DNA of 64,000 nt. Source: Octopus sinensis. Lineage: Eukaryota. The stretch is taken from NCBI RefSeq assembly GCF_006345805.1, contig NC_043002.1, positions 66,898,001-66,962,000 on the forward strand, written 5' to 3'. A program made the position numbers and the translations under genes. Positions 26,469-38,584 of this stretch are shown piece after piece (positions within the stretch are counted from its first letter, which is position 1; each line of letters opens with the position of its first letter). The notes below the pieces were generated by a model. That model was not told the DNA's origin, made no database searches, and saw only the letters and a program-made list of their open reading frames with translations.

Positions 26469-27345
26469 AGAGAGTGGTCACTATATGGCTCACTCTAGCC
26501 ACCATTTAATCCAAAGGTTTCAACCACAAAAATACATGTTTCCCATAAAGTCAGTACGATTGTTAGCTCACACGGACAGGGCAAATAAAAAATAACAAAA
26601 ATACAGATTATTTTGGGACAAAAAAAGGTTTCATGGATTAACTGGTGCTAGAGTGAGCCATATAGTGACCACTCTCTTATATTTATTTTGTAAAAATATT
26701 ATAATATATTATAAAATATTATAATAATCCAGGTTTCTCGGAGCACTAGGCCACTTGGTGTTGAATAGATATACTATTAAATTAGTATCTAATTCTCTCA
26801 CCCTTATTAATTAATTATAATTATGCGCATTTATTTCTAAATGCTGTATTTGTTTTCCGTGAAGGTTTGGCGCGCTGTTAGTTGGGGCATTTGAATTATA
26901 ACGTCGGATGTAATCAATTGAACCACACGCGTATTTATCGTTATGGTAAAATCTGGCGTGGTGATTGAGTGGATTTCATCCAGAAGTTTTGGCTGAGGAG
27001 CTACAAGTGGATTTTTTTGTAAGTAAAATTACATTTAATTCATTAATAGCGAAACAATTGTCCCAAAATAATCTGTATTTTTGTTTTTTTTTATTTGCCC
27101 TGTCCGTGTGAGCTAACAATCGTACTGACTTTCATGGGAAACATGTATTTTTGTGGTTGAAACCTTTTAGATTAACTGGTGCTAGAGTGAGCCATATAGT
27201 GACCACTCTTTATATTTATTTTGTAAAATATTATAATATATATAAAATATTATAATAATCAGGTTTCTCGGAGACTAGGCACTGGGTGTTGAATAGATAT
27301 ACTATTAATTAGTATCTAATTCTCTCACCCTTATTAATTAATTAT
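26469..27345 (+). mobile_element. Non-coding hammerhead-containing unit with direct and inverted partial terminal duplications, in (TA)n
   Basis: 26636-26818 is a direct copy of 27170-27345 (offset 534). 26469-26621 is the reverse complement of 27059-27210. A ribozyme core lies at 26986-27069. Confidence 0.8.
26986..27069 (+). ncRNA. Type I hammerhead ribozyme, canonical core
   Basis: Stem I GTTTTGG/CCAAAAT; core CTGAGGA (26993-26999); stem II GCTA...TAGC; GAAAC (27051-27055); palindromic ACAATTGT stem III; GTC cleavage triplet at 27060-27062. Confidence 0.8.
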
Positions 27346-27398
27346 ATATATATATATAGATACACACACTATCACACACATATATATATATATTATAA

Positions 27399-27459
<61 letters not shown>

Positions 27460-27499
27460 ATATATAATCAAAATAAGCTACAAGGATATCCAGAGGTAA

Positions 27500-27587
27500 T
27501 GCAGTACGATCGTTTCGTGCGATTCCATTTTAATTGAACAATGCAAACATTATATTAATTTAAAATGTAGAGCAATCTTCAGCTACA
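27500..27587 (-). ncRNA. Type I hammerhead ribozyme motif
   Basis: Minus strand: stem I TGTAG/CTGCA; CTGAAGA; stem II TTGC...GCAC (first pair mismatched); GAAAC; palindromic ACGATCGT; GTA triplet. Confidence 0.7.
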
Positions 27588-28454
27588 CACACACACACAT
27601 ACTGGATATATACTCATTTATATATATGCACCATATGTATACGCATATATACCTATATAAACATACGTTTGAATATATACAGTTTACACACATTTATATA
27701 TGCCTATATATATATATATGCATACGTACATACACATATACATATGTAAATATATATACATATTATATATATATGTGTGTACGTGTGTATGTATGTGTGT
27801 ATAACTGTTCGTCAATAAAGATGTTTGCATATATTTGTGTCTACTAGATAAATGCCTAGGTGACTGGATAACTAGAAAGATGAATATATACAAACACATA
27901 CTTAATACACACACACACTCGCATACACTTACATGCATATCTGTATACAACATATAGATAGAGAGACAGATAGAAAGATAGAAAAATAAAACATGCACAA
28001 ACATCTAATATATATACATTTTTTTTGCAAACGATGGTGGTGGATCTTCGTCGTTTGACAGAGGCTTCATTTCTTAGATCAACTGAGTTACCTACTCCTG
28101 AATTAGCACGTAAGAGACTGAGTATTTCAGAGACACGTTTTATCAATGCTCTCTGAGGAGAGATCTTTATCAGTTCTTGTTTTATACTTCTCAAGTTCAT
28201 TAGCTATCCTAATTATGCTGGTGATTTCATGGTCACAAACGTGGGTAGGTCTCTTTCCTCTGCTGCAGATCTCATGTATGTATGTCATGTATGCATGTAT
28301 GTCAGTGAGTCAGTCATTGTTCAGTTTTATTTCAATATAAAGAGCCGGTTTCTAACCTAGATCCAAAGTTCCTTCATTGAAATTTCAACATCAACAACAG
28401 GGTATTTTTGTTGGTATGTATGTATATACCTACGCACGCAGGCATGCCTGCATG

Positions 28455-28700
28455 CATGAATGTGGTCAATGGAGGTACCTGTAAGGAAACACAAATAGTG
28501 GATGGTGTTCCACAAGGTGCTGTTCTAGGTCCGCTGCAATTCATAGTCGCCATCAGCTGCTCAGATAACCACCCTTGCTAGCTATGCAGATGCCACAAAA
28601 TTCTTTCAGAGATACAGAATCTTAGAAATATTGCGCTCTTGCAACAGGAGTTGGACGCAATATATAGGTGGACAATAGCATGCGTCCATCACACAAAGTT
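28455..28700 (+). mobile_element. CR1-type LINE RT fragment
   Basis: VNGGTCKETQIVDGVPQGAVLGPLQFIVAI..SYADATK..LLQQELDAIYRW. Confidence 0.7.
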
Positions 28701-29437
28701 AAATGAAATGCAGACGAGATACGCTGACCCAGAGGGAACTGTAATTGTGAGTGCAACATCTTAACCACTAGGCCATGCGCCCTCAGATGTGTGTGTGTGC
28801 GTGCGTGCGTGTGTGCGAGTGTGTATGTGAATGCGTGTGTGTGTATATATATATACATATATATATATATGCATCTATATGCATATATATATATGCATAT
28901 ATATGCATATATATGCATATATTATATATAGGCATATATATATATATATATATAATATGCATATATATATATGCATATATATGCATATATATATATGCAT
29001 ATATATATAATATATGCATAATATTATATATATCTATATATATATATATGCATATATATATATGCATATAGATGCATATATATATATATGTATATATATA
29101 TACACACACACGCATTCACATACACACTCGCACACAGCACAATTTGAAACTGAAATGAAGATTGTCAATCAAAGAAACGATTGTAGTGGCGGTTTTTTTG
29201 ACTATTATTAAAATTTTATGTATTGATTAAGTCTTTCCTTGTTGTTTTGCAAAATAGTGGTTTTGTCTCTAATAATATTTATATTGCATATATATAAGAA
29301 TATATAGTATATATGCATATATATATATTATGAATATATATATATTATGCATATATATATATATATGCATATTATATATATATATGCATATATATATATA
29401 TATGCATATATATATATATATATATATATGCATACAA

Positions 29438-29495
<58 letters not shown>

Positions 29496-29631
29496 ATGAA
29501 GAATAAGCTACGAATTTTGTTATGTAATATTTTCGTTTGTTGTTTTTGTTAAACTTTTGATACACACAGACTAACATACAGATAGACAGTCGCGCACGCA
29601 CGCACACACACACACAATACATATATACGTA

Positions 29632-29664
<33 letters not shown>

Positions 29665-30157
29665 CTATGTATATACTTCCATACACATTCATAACACACA
29701 CATACACACATTTATATACACATGCGCACACTTACAAAACGTTAAATATCTTTATGACGTAACATTCCGATTATGTAAACATAATAGTAACGTTACATTT
29801 TTAAAACTTCTTATTTCAGCCATCTTGGACATATTCATTCCGTACCGAGAGAGCAACAGAGATCTACAGTTACTAAATATAACTACTTGAGGATCAGTTA
29901 TCATAACATAGCATAGAAAATAAAAACAAAACGTGTTTATTATGGTGCAAATAACGAAACGTGTGTAAGATCTGAAACCAAACAAGCTCTCGTTGATACT
30001 TTGTTATTGATATTTGGTAAGTATAACACAAATGTATATAAGCTTTGAACCTTCTCATTTAAACCAGTTTTCACTTGAATTGTTTGTTTATTATTCTCCG
30101 TTTTCCTCTGATTAATTAATGAGTTAATTCACACACAGAGTTTATGAATTTGCAGTA

Positions 30158-30294
<137 letters not shown>

Positions 30295-30589
30295 TTTTTC
30301 TTTCTATCTCTATATATACCGGGTGTTCCAGAATTAACTCTTTATGAATTAGCTATAGTATGTATGCATGTATTTATATGTGTGCATTTGTGTGTGTGTG
30401 TGTGTTTAGTAAAACAAACAAGCGAAAAGAATGAGTAACAGAAATTACAAAATGACACAACGTTTGCAGTGTTTCTCTTGGTATAAACCAACTATGCACG
30501 AAACTCTCGGTTCTTGAGTCACTTTGTGACTTCTCACGATTAAAACTATCAGCAAAAATTACAACAATAATTCAACCATACATACATAC

Positions 30590-31870
30590 ATACATATAAA
30601 AGTGTTAACAGTGTCAAAAAACAACTCGAATTAACAAAATTTTCAGCTGATAAAGGCATGGAATTTGGTCAAAAGAAATGTTTACATTTGATTATAGAAC
30701 GAGGAAAGTCACTCCCCGAAACCTGTGCATCAGCGGTCTCTCCATCGCCCCCATTCCACACAAAGAATGTTACTAGTACCTAGGCATAGACGAAAATGTA
30801 TCATATGAAGGCGCCGTGAATAAAGATAGTGATCCGGGAATATTACACCAGACCTAGGAAAATATGGCAATCGGAACTCTACTCTTACAACAAAACAATA
30901 TCCTACAATGCATTTTCAGTACCAGTGCTGAAGAACTTTGTAAGGGTTGGCAGAGGACTCTTCAAGAAGCACTCTCTTCCTGATGATCTATACAGCTCCC
31001 AAACAGCTAGGTTCTCTTACCTCAAAGAAGACCCGAATGGAAAGCGCTCAGCATCCCCCCCCCACAAAAAAGAAAAGACTATGCATGGATATGTTGCCCG
31101 GAAGCTTGAAGAGGACAGTAGAAATGACACAAAGCGCAGCCTCTCTTGGACACAAGACCACTACTTCACATCATACTTTGAAGGCTATGCGTTTTGCAAT
31201 CCAGGAACAGGAGATTGCCACAAAGTACCTAGTGAACAAGAGAGTCAGTGATGCTCTTGTAATCCCAAGTTGCAATCACATGTGTAGGCTATGTCATGTT
31301 TCTGTAAAAGACATCACGCATGTGATTAGCAGCTATCCTAAAATGTCGTCTCGGTACTACCTCCCTATGCGGCACGATGATGTTGCTAAAACAATTTACA
31401 ATGCCACCCGCAAAAAGACTGTCCTGAAATAAGCTTAGAAAATCCCTCTGTTATGGAATACATTCATAAGCATCAACTCAAGGGATACTGGTGGAATATT
31501 CCCATCAAAACTTGTCAAATGTAAGCATAACAAGCCAAATATTGTTTGGGACGGAGAGGAAAATGTATATACCATCATAGAGGCTAGCGGCCTTGCAGAT
31601 ATCTCAAAGAAAAAGAGGATATCTATGGGCAACTGCTTCGAAACCTCCAGCTTCTATATTCAGACTATGAATTCATATCCATACCAATAATAATTGGAGC
31701 ACTAGGTTTTGTTAGAGAATGCTTCAAGGATAATCTGGATAAACTGGGGTTTTCAGAAAGAGAAATTGACCGATTGATTCGTACATTACAAATCCAGTTT
31801 GTGAGTGGAACAGTAAAAATATGTTAGATTTTTCCCAAGTTCCAAATGTGAATTTATCTGTGTTAACTAC
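30590..31870 (+). mobile_element. RLE-type LINE remnant, copy 3, including the 3' end
   Basis: Homologous to 2690-4020 with an internal deletion of a few hundred bp. CRLCHVSVKDITHVISS, RYYLPMRHDDVAK, KHNKPNIVWD..IIEAS..IPIIIGALG..SGTVKIC. Confidence 0.8.
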
Positions 31871-32042
31871 TTCCCAAAGATGGAGCCTTGTATCTTTGTC
31901 GGAAACCGGCTCAGTGGAAGATTTATAATAATTAAAAAGTAGAAGGGAGATATATCTTCGTGTGTAATTACGTGCGTGTGTGTATGTGTATTAAGTATCT
32001 GTTATTGTGTGTGTGTATAATTTTTCTGTTGCTGCTAATATA

Positions 32043-32232
32043 AGAGGCGGTGCTGAAAAGTTCCTGGTGAAAGGTTGGAGGCCCAGCATTCTTTCATAGG
32101 GGTTAGAAATACTGAACGACCGCTGCAATAAGTGTGTGATTTTTAAGGGGAATATGTTGAATAAAGTCATAATTAACTGATCCTCCTGTATAATTATTTT
32201 ATCCAAGGCCAGGAACTTTTCAGCACTCCTCG
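32043..32232 (+). mobile_element. Mariner-derived MITE
   Basis: TIRs AGAGGCGGTGCTGAAAAGTTCCTGG / CCAGGAACTTTTCAGCACTCCTCG with TA flanks. The interior encodes a mariner C-terminal remnant (..GLEILNDRCNKC..GEYVE*). Confidence 0.8.
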
Positions 32233-32771
32233 TATATTAGTCTCTCGAGCGAGAGACAGAGAAAGAGAGGCAGAGAGGTTGAGACCAAGTCAAAGTAACA
32301 TATTCCTAACGAAATTGTAGTGACGTGTATGTTATGACAATATACGATTTCTCCGGTTAGGTATGGAAATTAGATCTTTATAGTCAAACATCCAAATATT
32401 TAAATTGAATCAGTTCTTTGTCCATAACGTTTATATTCAACCCCTTACAGCATCTGTTTTCATTCACACTGTTTTATGAGTATTTAGATCTCACATCATT
32501 CCAGTGTAATGTTGTTTTATGCTGTGGTATATTAAATGTGAATACAACGCATTATGCAACACACCTACCCTTCAATAAAGATAACTAAAGACCTGTTTCT
32601 TAGCGTATTTTAGAATACATAGCAAACGAGGGAGCCTCTATGCAGTCACTTGACCTGCTACAAGTAACAGCCAGCTCTAACCTTAATCACATTGTACTGT
32701 CTTACAGTAGAATGTGATTAAGTACCATATTTAAAAAACAAAATAAGGGTTGGGATCGATCTGTTGGGCTC

Positions 32772-33069
32772 CAGTGTTTCCCAAAGTGGGTGGTATTGCC
32801 TCTCTGGGGACGGTGGAAACTTCCAAGGGGGAGCGTTGAAGAAGAGTGGGGCGATAATGGGGTAACGATTCATGTAAAAAGTGGGGCGATAATGGGGGTG
32901 GCGATTCATGTAAAAACAACAAAATAATGGGTTCATTAAGTTTTATCTGTGAAATAAAGTTGCTTTGAATTTGCTTCAGAAAGAGGTCTATGTTAGATGG
33001 GGTGGGGGCGTCAGGAATGTGGCCTGGGTGTCAAGAGGGCTGTAGCTTGAAAAAGTGTGAGAACCACTG
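32772..33069. mobile_element. Probable hAT (Charlie-like) MITE
   Basis: Ends CAGTGTTTCCCAAA / TGTGAGAACCACTG. No clean 8-bp TSD seen. Confidence 0.55.
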
Positions 33070-33364
33070 GGCTAAACCCTTCAAGACGGTTCCCCAGATT
33101 GGTCGTAATCCAAACACTGAAACAAGTCAGCAGGTAATAGACTAAAGAGTGATGACTGCCCCATAGACTTTGTGGTGGGTGTAGAAGACCTTCAAACGTA
33201 AGTTCAATAGTAAAATAAATGGTGGCATAATCAAATAAGTACCAGTGATATACTGAGGTTGGATTAATCGACTGTATTCGTTTGTATGCAATTTGTGAGC
33301 TTTGTGCTAAGTTGGAAACCATTACGCAGAATCGGTAAAAAGCGTCGGGCAATATGTTTCTAAG

Positions 33365-33790
33365 TTAAGGCGGCAAACTGGTAGAAACGTTAGCACGCTC
33401 TTTGTCTGTCCTTGTTTGTCCCTTCTAGATTGAGCCCCTTGTGGGCAATAAAGAAAGAAGAAGCGTTAGCACTAAGGACGAAATGCTTACCGGTATTTCG
33501 TCTGCCGCCACGTTCTGAGTTCAAATTCCGCCGAGGTCGACTTTGCCTTTCATCCTTTCGGGGTCGATATAATCGACTTAATCCGTTTGTCTGTCCTTGT
33601 TTGTCCCCTCTGTGTAGCCCCTTGTGGGTAGTAAAGAAATAGGTATTTAGTTTGTCTGTACTTTCAAATTCCACCGAGGTCGATTTTGCCTTTCACCCTT
33701 TCGGGGTTGATAAATTAAGTACCAGTTGCGTACTGGGGTTGATCTAATCGACTGGTCCTCTCCCCCAAAATTTCGGGTCTTATGCCTAGA
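33365..33790 (+). mobile_element. SINE family A composite, rearranged and multimeric
   Basis: A head, duplicated tail pieces and a second partial body. Confidence 0.8.
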
Positions 33791-34033
33791 GTAGAAAAGA
33801 ATATGTTTCTAACTCGTTGCCGTTTATTGCTGATGTTGTTGCCGCTGCTGCTGTTACGGCTAATGCTGTTGTTGTTGTTGTTATTTTTGTTGTTGTTGTC
33901 GCTGTTACTGTTGCTGCTGTTGCTGTTATTGTTGTTGTTCAACAATAACTCTGATTGCTCAGGCAAAAGTCAGTCGAGCCGTGACCTTCCCGACTTTTTT
34001 CTATACTTCCGTTTTATTCATTCTATTTAGAAT

Positions 34034-34179
34034 CAGGCATTGGCAATCTTTTCGAGAAGCGGGCCGCATGAGACGTGGCACACGATCGGGCGGCTCGCAC
34101 TACTAACAAACGTAATGTACTTCGTAAAATTAGACGTGCTGTTCAGAAAGTCCTGCGGGCCGCAGTTTGTCCAAAATTG
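34034..34179. mobile_element. Possible hAT MITE
   Basis: CAGGCATTGGCAATC..GCGGGCCGCA and CTGCGGGCCGCAGTTTGTCCAAAATTG, subterminal motifs typical of Charlie/Chap elements. Confidence 0.45.
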
Positions 34180-34777
34180 GTTTAGATGGCAGAGAATGAT
34201 TCAAAGGAGATTTGACTGCTCTTTCTAGCAAGTCGGGTGAAGAGGTAGATGTTCCATATTTATTTATACAGTATTTAATTACAGAGCTTTTCGTTCAGGG
34301 ATCAAATCCTGAACAAGTCAATTCTTTGCTTTTTATATTTCCCGAGGTCTTTATTAGTACCAGTAATTACACTATATCCTTTCCCTTACAAAAGCATGGC
34401 GTTGCGCCAAAGTTAAGAATTAATATTTATAACTAGTGAGACTGTTGTTATAAACTAATAAAATCTCGATAACTTAATTATCGAATGATGACGCGTCGAT
34501 AGATGATCGATACTTGTTTCAAATGGGATTTCTCATTTAGCAACGATCCCCCGCATAATTATAAGGAAACACGATTTGGAAGTAAGCCAATATTATTGCC
34601 AGCTTGCAATTCAGCAAAACTACCCACCCACGTCCCAAGAGAAAAGCAATACCTCCTCCTTCGCCACTGCTGCCGCTGCTGCCACTCCCCCGTTACTGCA
34701 GCTGCTGCGGGCTACTACAGCTGCCGTTGTCGCTGCGGCTGCTGCCATTTCCATCTATTTCGGCGCGGCCGCTGCTG

Positions 34778-35140
34778 CGCCGTTGCCGTCGCCGCGCCGT
34801 TGCCGTCGCCGCGCCGTTGCGGTCTCCGTGCCGTTGTCTCCGCGCCGTTACCGTCGCCGCGCCGTTGCCGTCGCCGCGCCGTTGCCGTCGCCGCGCCGTT
34901 GCCGTCGCCGCGCCGTTGCCGTCGCCGCGCCGTTGCCGTCGCCGCGCGTTGCCGTCGCCGCGCCGTTGCCGTCGCCGCGCCGTTGCCGTCGCCGCGCCGT
35001 TGCGTCGCCGTTGCCGTCGCCGCGCGTTGCCGTCGCCGCGCCGTTGCCGTCGCCGCGCCGTTGCCGTCGCCGCGCCGTTGCCGTCGCCGCGCCGTTGCCG
35101 TTGCCGTCGCCGTTGCCGTCGCCGCGCCGTTGCCGCCGCT
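34778..35140. repeat. GC-rich 17-bp minisatellite (GCCGTTGCCGTCGCCGC)n, about 20 units
   Basis: Directly visible. The 17-bp period explains the periodic RRCRRRAVAVAAPLPSP ORFs. Confidence 0.95.
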
Positions 35141-35149
35141 ATGCCATTA

Positions 35150-35360
35150 CCTATTTCTTTACTGCCCACAAGAGGCTAAACATAGAGAGGACAAACAAGG
35201 ACAGACAAACGGATTACGTCGATTATATCGACCCCAGTGCCTAACTGGTACTTATTTAATCGACCCCGAAAGGATGAAAGGCAAAGTCGACCTCGGCGGA
35301 ATTTGAACTCAGAACGTAGCGGCTGACGAAATACGGCTACGTATTTCGCTCGGCGTACCG
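35150..35360 (-). mobile_element. SINE family A
   Basis: CTATTTCTTTACTGCCCACAAG..GTCGACCTCGGCGGAATTTGAACTCAG. Confidence 0.85.
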
Positions 35361-35604
35361 CCTTTACCGCCATTGCCGTCGCTGTGCTGCCGTTGTCACT
35401 GACTGTTATTACCACTTCCTTAGTTGCCGCTGCCGCCGCTACCGCCGCCGTTCCTGGCTCGGACCGTGCTGGCCCCGCTGCTCGCGCTAGCCCCGTTTCT
35501 GCGATGCCGCTTCTACCTCTGCCTCTACTGCTACTGCCTCTACCGGCGTTGTTGGTGCCACTGCAAATGTAACAAGAACGACGATCACCAGTACGACCTC
35601 GGTG

Positions 35605-36050
35605 ATCCTCTTCCTCCTGCTCCTCCTCTTCCTGCTCCTCCTCTTCCTCCTGCTCCTCCTCTTCCTCCTGTTCCTGCTCCTGTTCCTGCTCCTCCTTCGC
35701 TTCCTCCTGCTCCTCTTCCTGCTCCTGCTCCTCTTCCTGCTCCTCCTGCTCTTCCTCCTGCTCCTCCTGCTCTTCCTCCTGCTCCTCTTCCTGCTCCTGC
35801 TCCTGCTCCTCTTCCTTCTCCTCTTCCTGCTCCTCCTCCTCTTCCTTCTCCTCTTCCTGCTCCTCTTCCTGCTCCTCTTCCTGCTCCTCCTTCTGCTCCT
35901 CCCCTGCTCCTATCCTGCTCCTCCTCCAGCTCCTGCTCCTCCTCCTGCCCCACTTGCTCCTCCTGCTCCTGCACCATCAGCCCCTCCCCTTCCTGCTCCT
36001 GCTCCTCCTGCTCCTGCTCCACCTGCTTCTCCTCCTCCTCCTCCCCTTCA
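35605..36050. repeat. Pyrimidine-rich (CTC/CTG/TTC) triplet-derived repeat
   Basis: Directly visible CTCCTGCTCCTCTTC-type reiterations. Confidence 0.9.
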
Positions 36051-36659
36051 TCATCATCAACCGTAATAACAACAAGAGAACAAAACAACATCAACAGGCT
36101 CCACTGTTTGTGTTTTGAGTTTAGTTTTTAAATCTAATAAGTTTCTAAATGTCTTATTGTTTTTACGTTTCATGGGACGATACAAGCAATTACTTTTATA
36201 TCAGTTTTCTTAAAAACAAACAAAACAAAGCAAAACATTTTTCTAGTTTATTTCAATAATCACAAACTGGAAGGATAGAAATTAAACCTGCTTTGAAGCG
36301 GTACAAAAACGTCTACAGACATGCCAGCACACACGCACACGCACACGCACACGCACACACACACACACACACACATGACAGCACACACATAATACATGCA
36401 CAATCATATGTACGTACATACGTACACATATACATACATACATACATGCGTACATATAGACAGACATGTATGCATACATGCATATATATACTCACATGCA
36501 TACATACACTTACACACACAGACACACACATGACAGCACACGCACACACACACACACACACATACACACATACACACATACACATACATATAGAATGCGT
36601 GAGGTATTTGAGGACATATTTAGTAATTTAATAAAACAACTATTAATATTCCAAACTCC

Positions 36660-37074
36660 CAGGCGGCGAGCTGGTAGAACCGTTAGCACGCCAGGCAAAA
36701 TACTTAGCGCCATTTTGTCGGTCTTCACGTTCTTATTTCAAATTCCGTCGAGGTCGACTTTTCCTTTTGGGGTCGATAAAATAAGTACCAGTTGAACGTA
36801 TTCGATTTATTCTCCCCCTCCCTCCGAAATTGCTGTCCTTGTGACAAAATTTGAAGTCAATGTACTAAAAACGAAATGCGTTTTGATAAAATTTTTGCAC
36901 ATCATTAGGCGCAAGTCTGGCTGTGTGGTAAGTAGCTTGCTTACCATCCACATGTTCTGGGTTCAGCCCCACTGCATGGAACCTTGGGCAAGTGTCATCT
37001 CTATAGCCTCGGGCCAACCCAAGCCTTGTGACTGGATTTGGTTGACGGAAACTGAAAGAAGTCTGTCGTATATA

Positions 37075-37108
<34 letters not shown>

Positions 37109-37315
37109 GTGTGTGTGTGTGTGTGTGTGTGTATGTTTGTGTCTGTGTTTGTCTCCCCAACATCACTTGACAACCGATGCTGGTGTGTTTACGTCCCCGT
37201 AAATTAGCGGTTCGGCAAAAGACAACGATAGAATAAGTACTAGGCTTACAAAGAATAAGTCCTGGGGTCGATTTGTTCGACTAAAGATGGCTGAAACAAG
37301 TAAAAGAATAAAAGA
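36660..37315 (+). mobile_element. Adjacent SINE A (36660-36860) and SINE B (36910-37315)
   Basis: AGGCGGCGAGCTGGTAGAA head, then GGCGCAAGTCTGGCTGTGTGGTAAG head through the GAATAAAA tail. Confidence 0.85.
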
Positions 37316-37419
37316 AAGAATCATCTTGATATAAGCATTTTATATGGTTATTCTATGACTCCATCTGAGGCCAATTAGTTTCAGTGCAAGACCGTTGACA
37401 TGCCTGCACTACATGGTTC

Positions 37420-38240
37420 TTATTTATTTCGGACATCACCTGGACAATAGCGGCTTTCAGTGAAGTTATGGTTATGTCTGGATAACGTAGTAGTTCATGG
37501 GATTTAAATCTGGCGAGGTTGGAGACCACAGTTTTGGTGCTCCATGAACGTAAGGTCGTAAAGAGCGTATGGCATGGCGTCCATTGTTGGATTACATGGG
37601 CTTTGAGAAGGAGCTGAGTGTTGTTGAAACATCATTTGCCTTCTACTGTGTACTTCATCCATAATGGATTTAACAACTCCCTCTTGCTTCCCAAAGTAGC
37701 CGGTAGCATTAATTCTAAAATCCTGTGCATCGATATGAGTGATATGACTTGACATTCTTACTCACCACTCCTAAAACAATCACAGTTGCTTGGAAGTTAG
37801 CGTGCGTCTCCTGCTCCTCCTGAGGAGGAGGAAGGTGAGGAGACGGGGGAGGAGAAGGAGGAGGAGGAGGAGGATGAAAAGGAGGAGCAGGAGGAGGAGG
37901 AACAGGGGTAGAAGGAGGAGGAGGAGCAGGAGGGGAGGAGCAGGAGGACGCCCTGCGACACCAGAAGGATTTGCACTTAACAATCTGTCGTTTCTCCAGT
38001 TAGACTTTTGGTCTTTGTCGAAATCTTTCTCATCAGAGAAGCAAAAACCAAAAGCATACCATGCTCGTAAAGGTTTTTAGCCTCGTTAAGTAACCACTTT
38101 GCGTGGATCAAATGGTTTTCATGAATCTTTGCAGACATGAATTGGCCTCTCCTCAGTACATACGACTTATATTGAATGTCATCATGCGCCACAGTCCTGA
38201 AGTTCATTATCGATGGATGAATTGCACTGTCCATTTAGAA
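37420..38240 (-). mobile_element. maT/DD37D-like Tc1/mariner transposase relic split by an expanded (GGA)n repeat
   Basis: Minus strand: HDDIQYKSYVLRRGQFMSAK..FSDEKDFDKDQKSNWRNDR, then VIVLGVVS, FQQHSAPS and WSPTSPDLNPMNYYV. Frameshifted. Confidence 0.75.
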
Positions 38241-38584
38241 TCCGAACGTTTGAGATGTTTAGAATAGTTTTGAAGTTCCAGTTTCATCCGAACAATGTGT
38301 TCAAAAGATCTAACATTTCGAAAGTTTATAATTTCTAAATCACTGTGTTCTGTACGCATCTTTTTTATTTAAATCTTAGCATATTAAATGCCATGGGAGA
38401 TCTAAAAGAAATAGAGAGAAAATTTTTTAATATGGCGATAATTATATGTTCTCAAATGCCTCTTGCATACACACACACACACACACACATTTTCTTGTCG
38501 TCCCCAACAGTCAAGGCCTGTCATGCCGTCTATCTTTTTGTAATTGACCTTTGCGGTGTTTCAACTTTCATGATACTTTGTTTC

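Noticed and set aside
27856-28340. Non-repetitive ORFs on both strands
   Set aside because: No recognisable domain, no convincing splice sites, and the ORFs run into microsatellite.
34503-36131. Long Arg/Ala/Pro-, Pro-, Gly- and Leu-rich ORFs (150-270 aa)
   Set aside because: Open in most frames on both strands because of GC-rich tandem repeats, and they run into SINE sequence.
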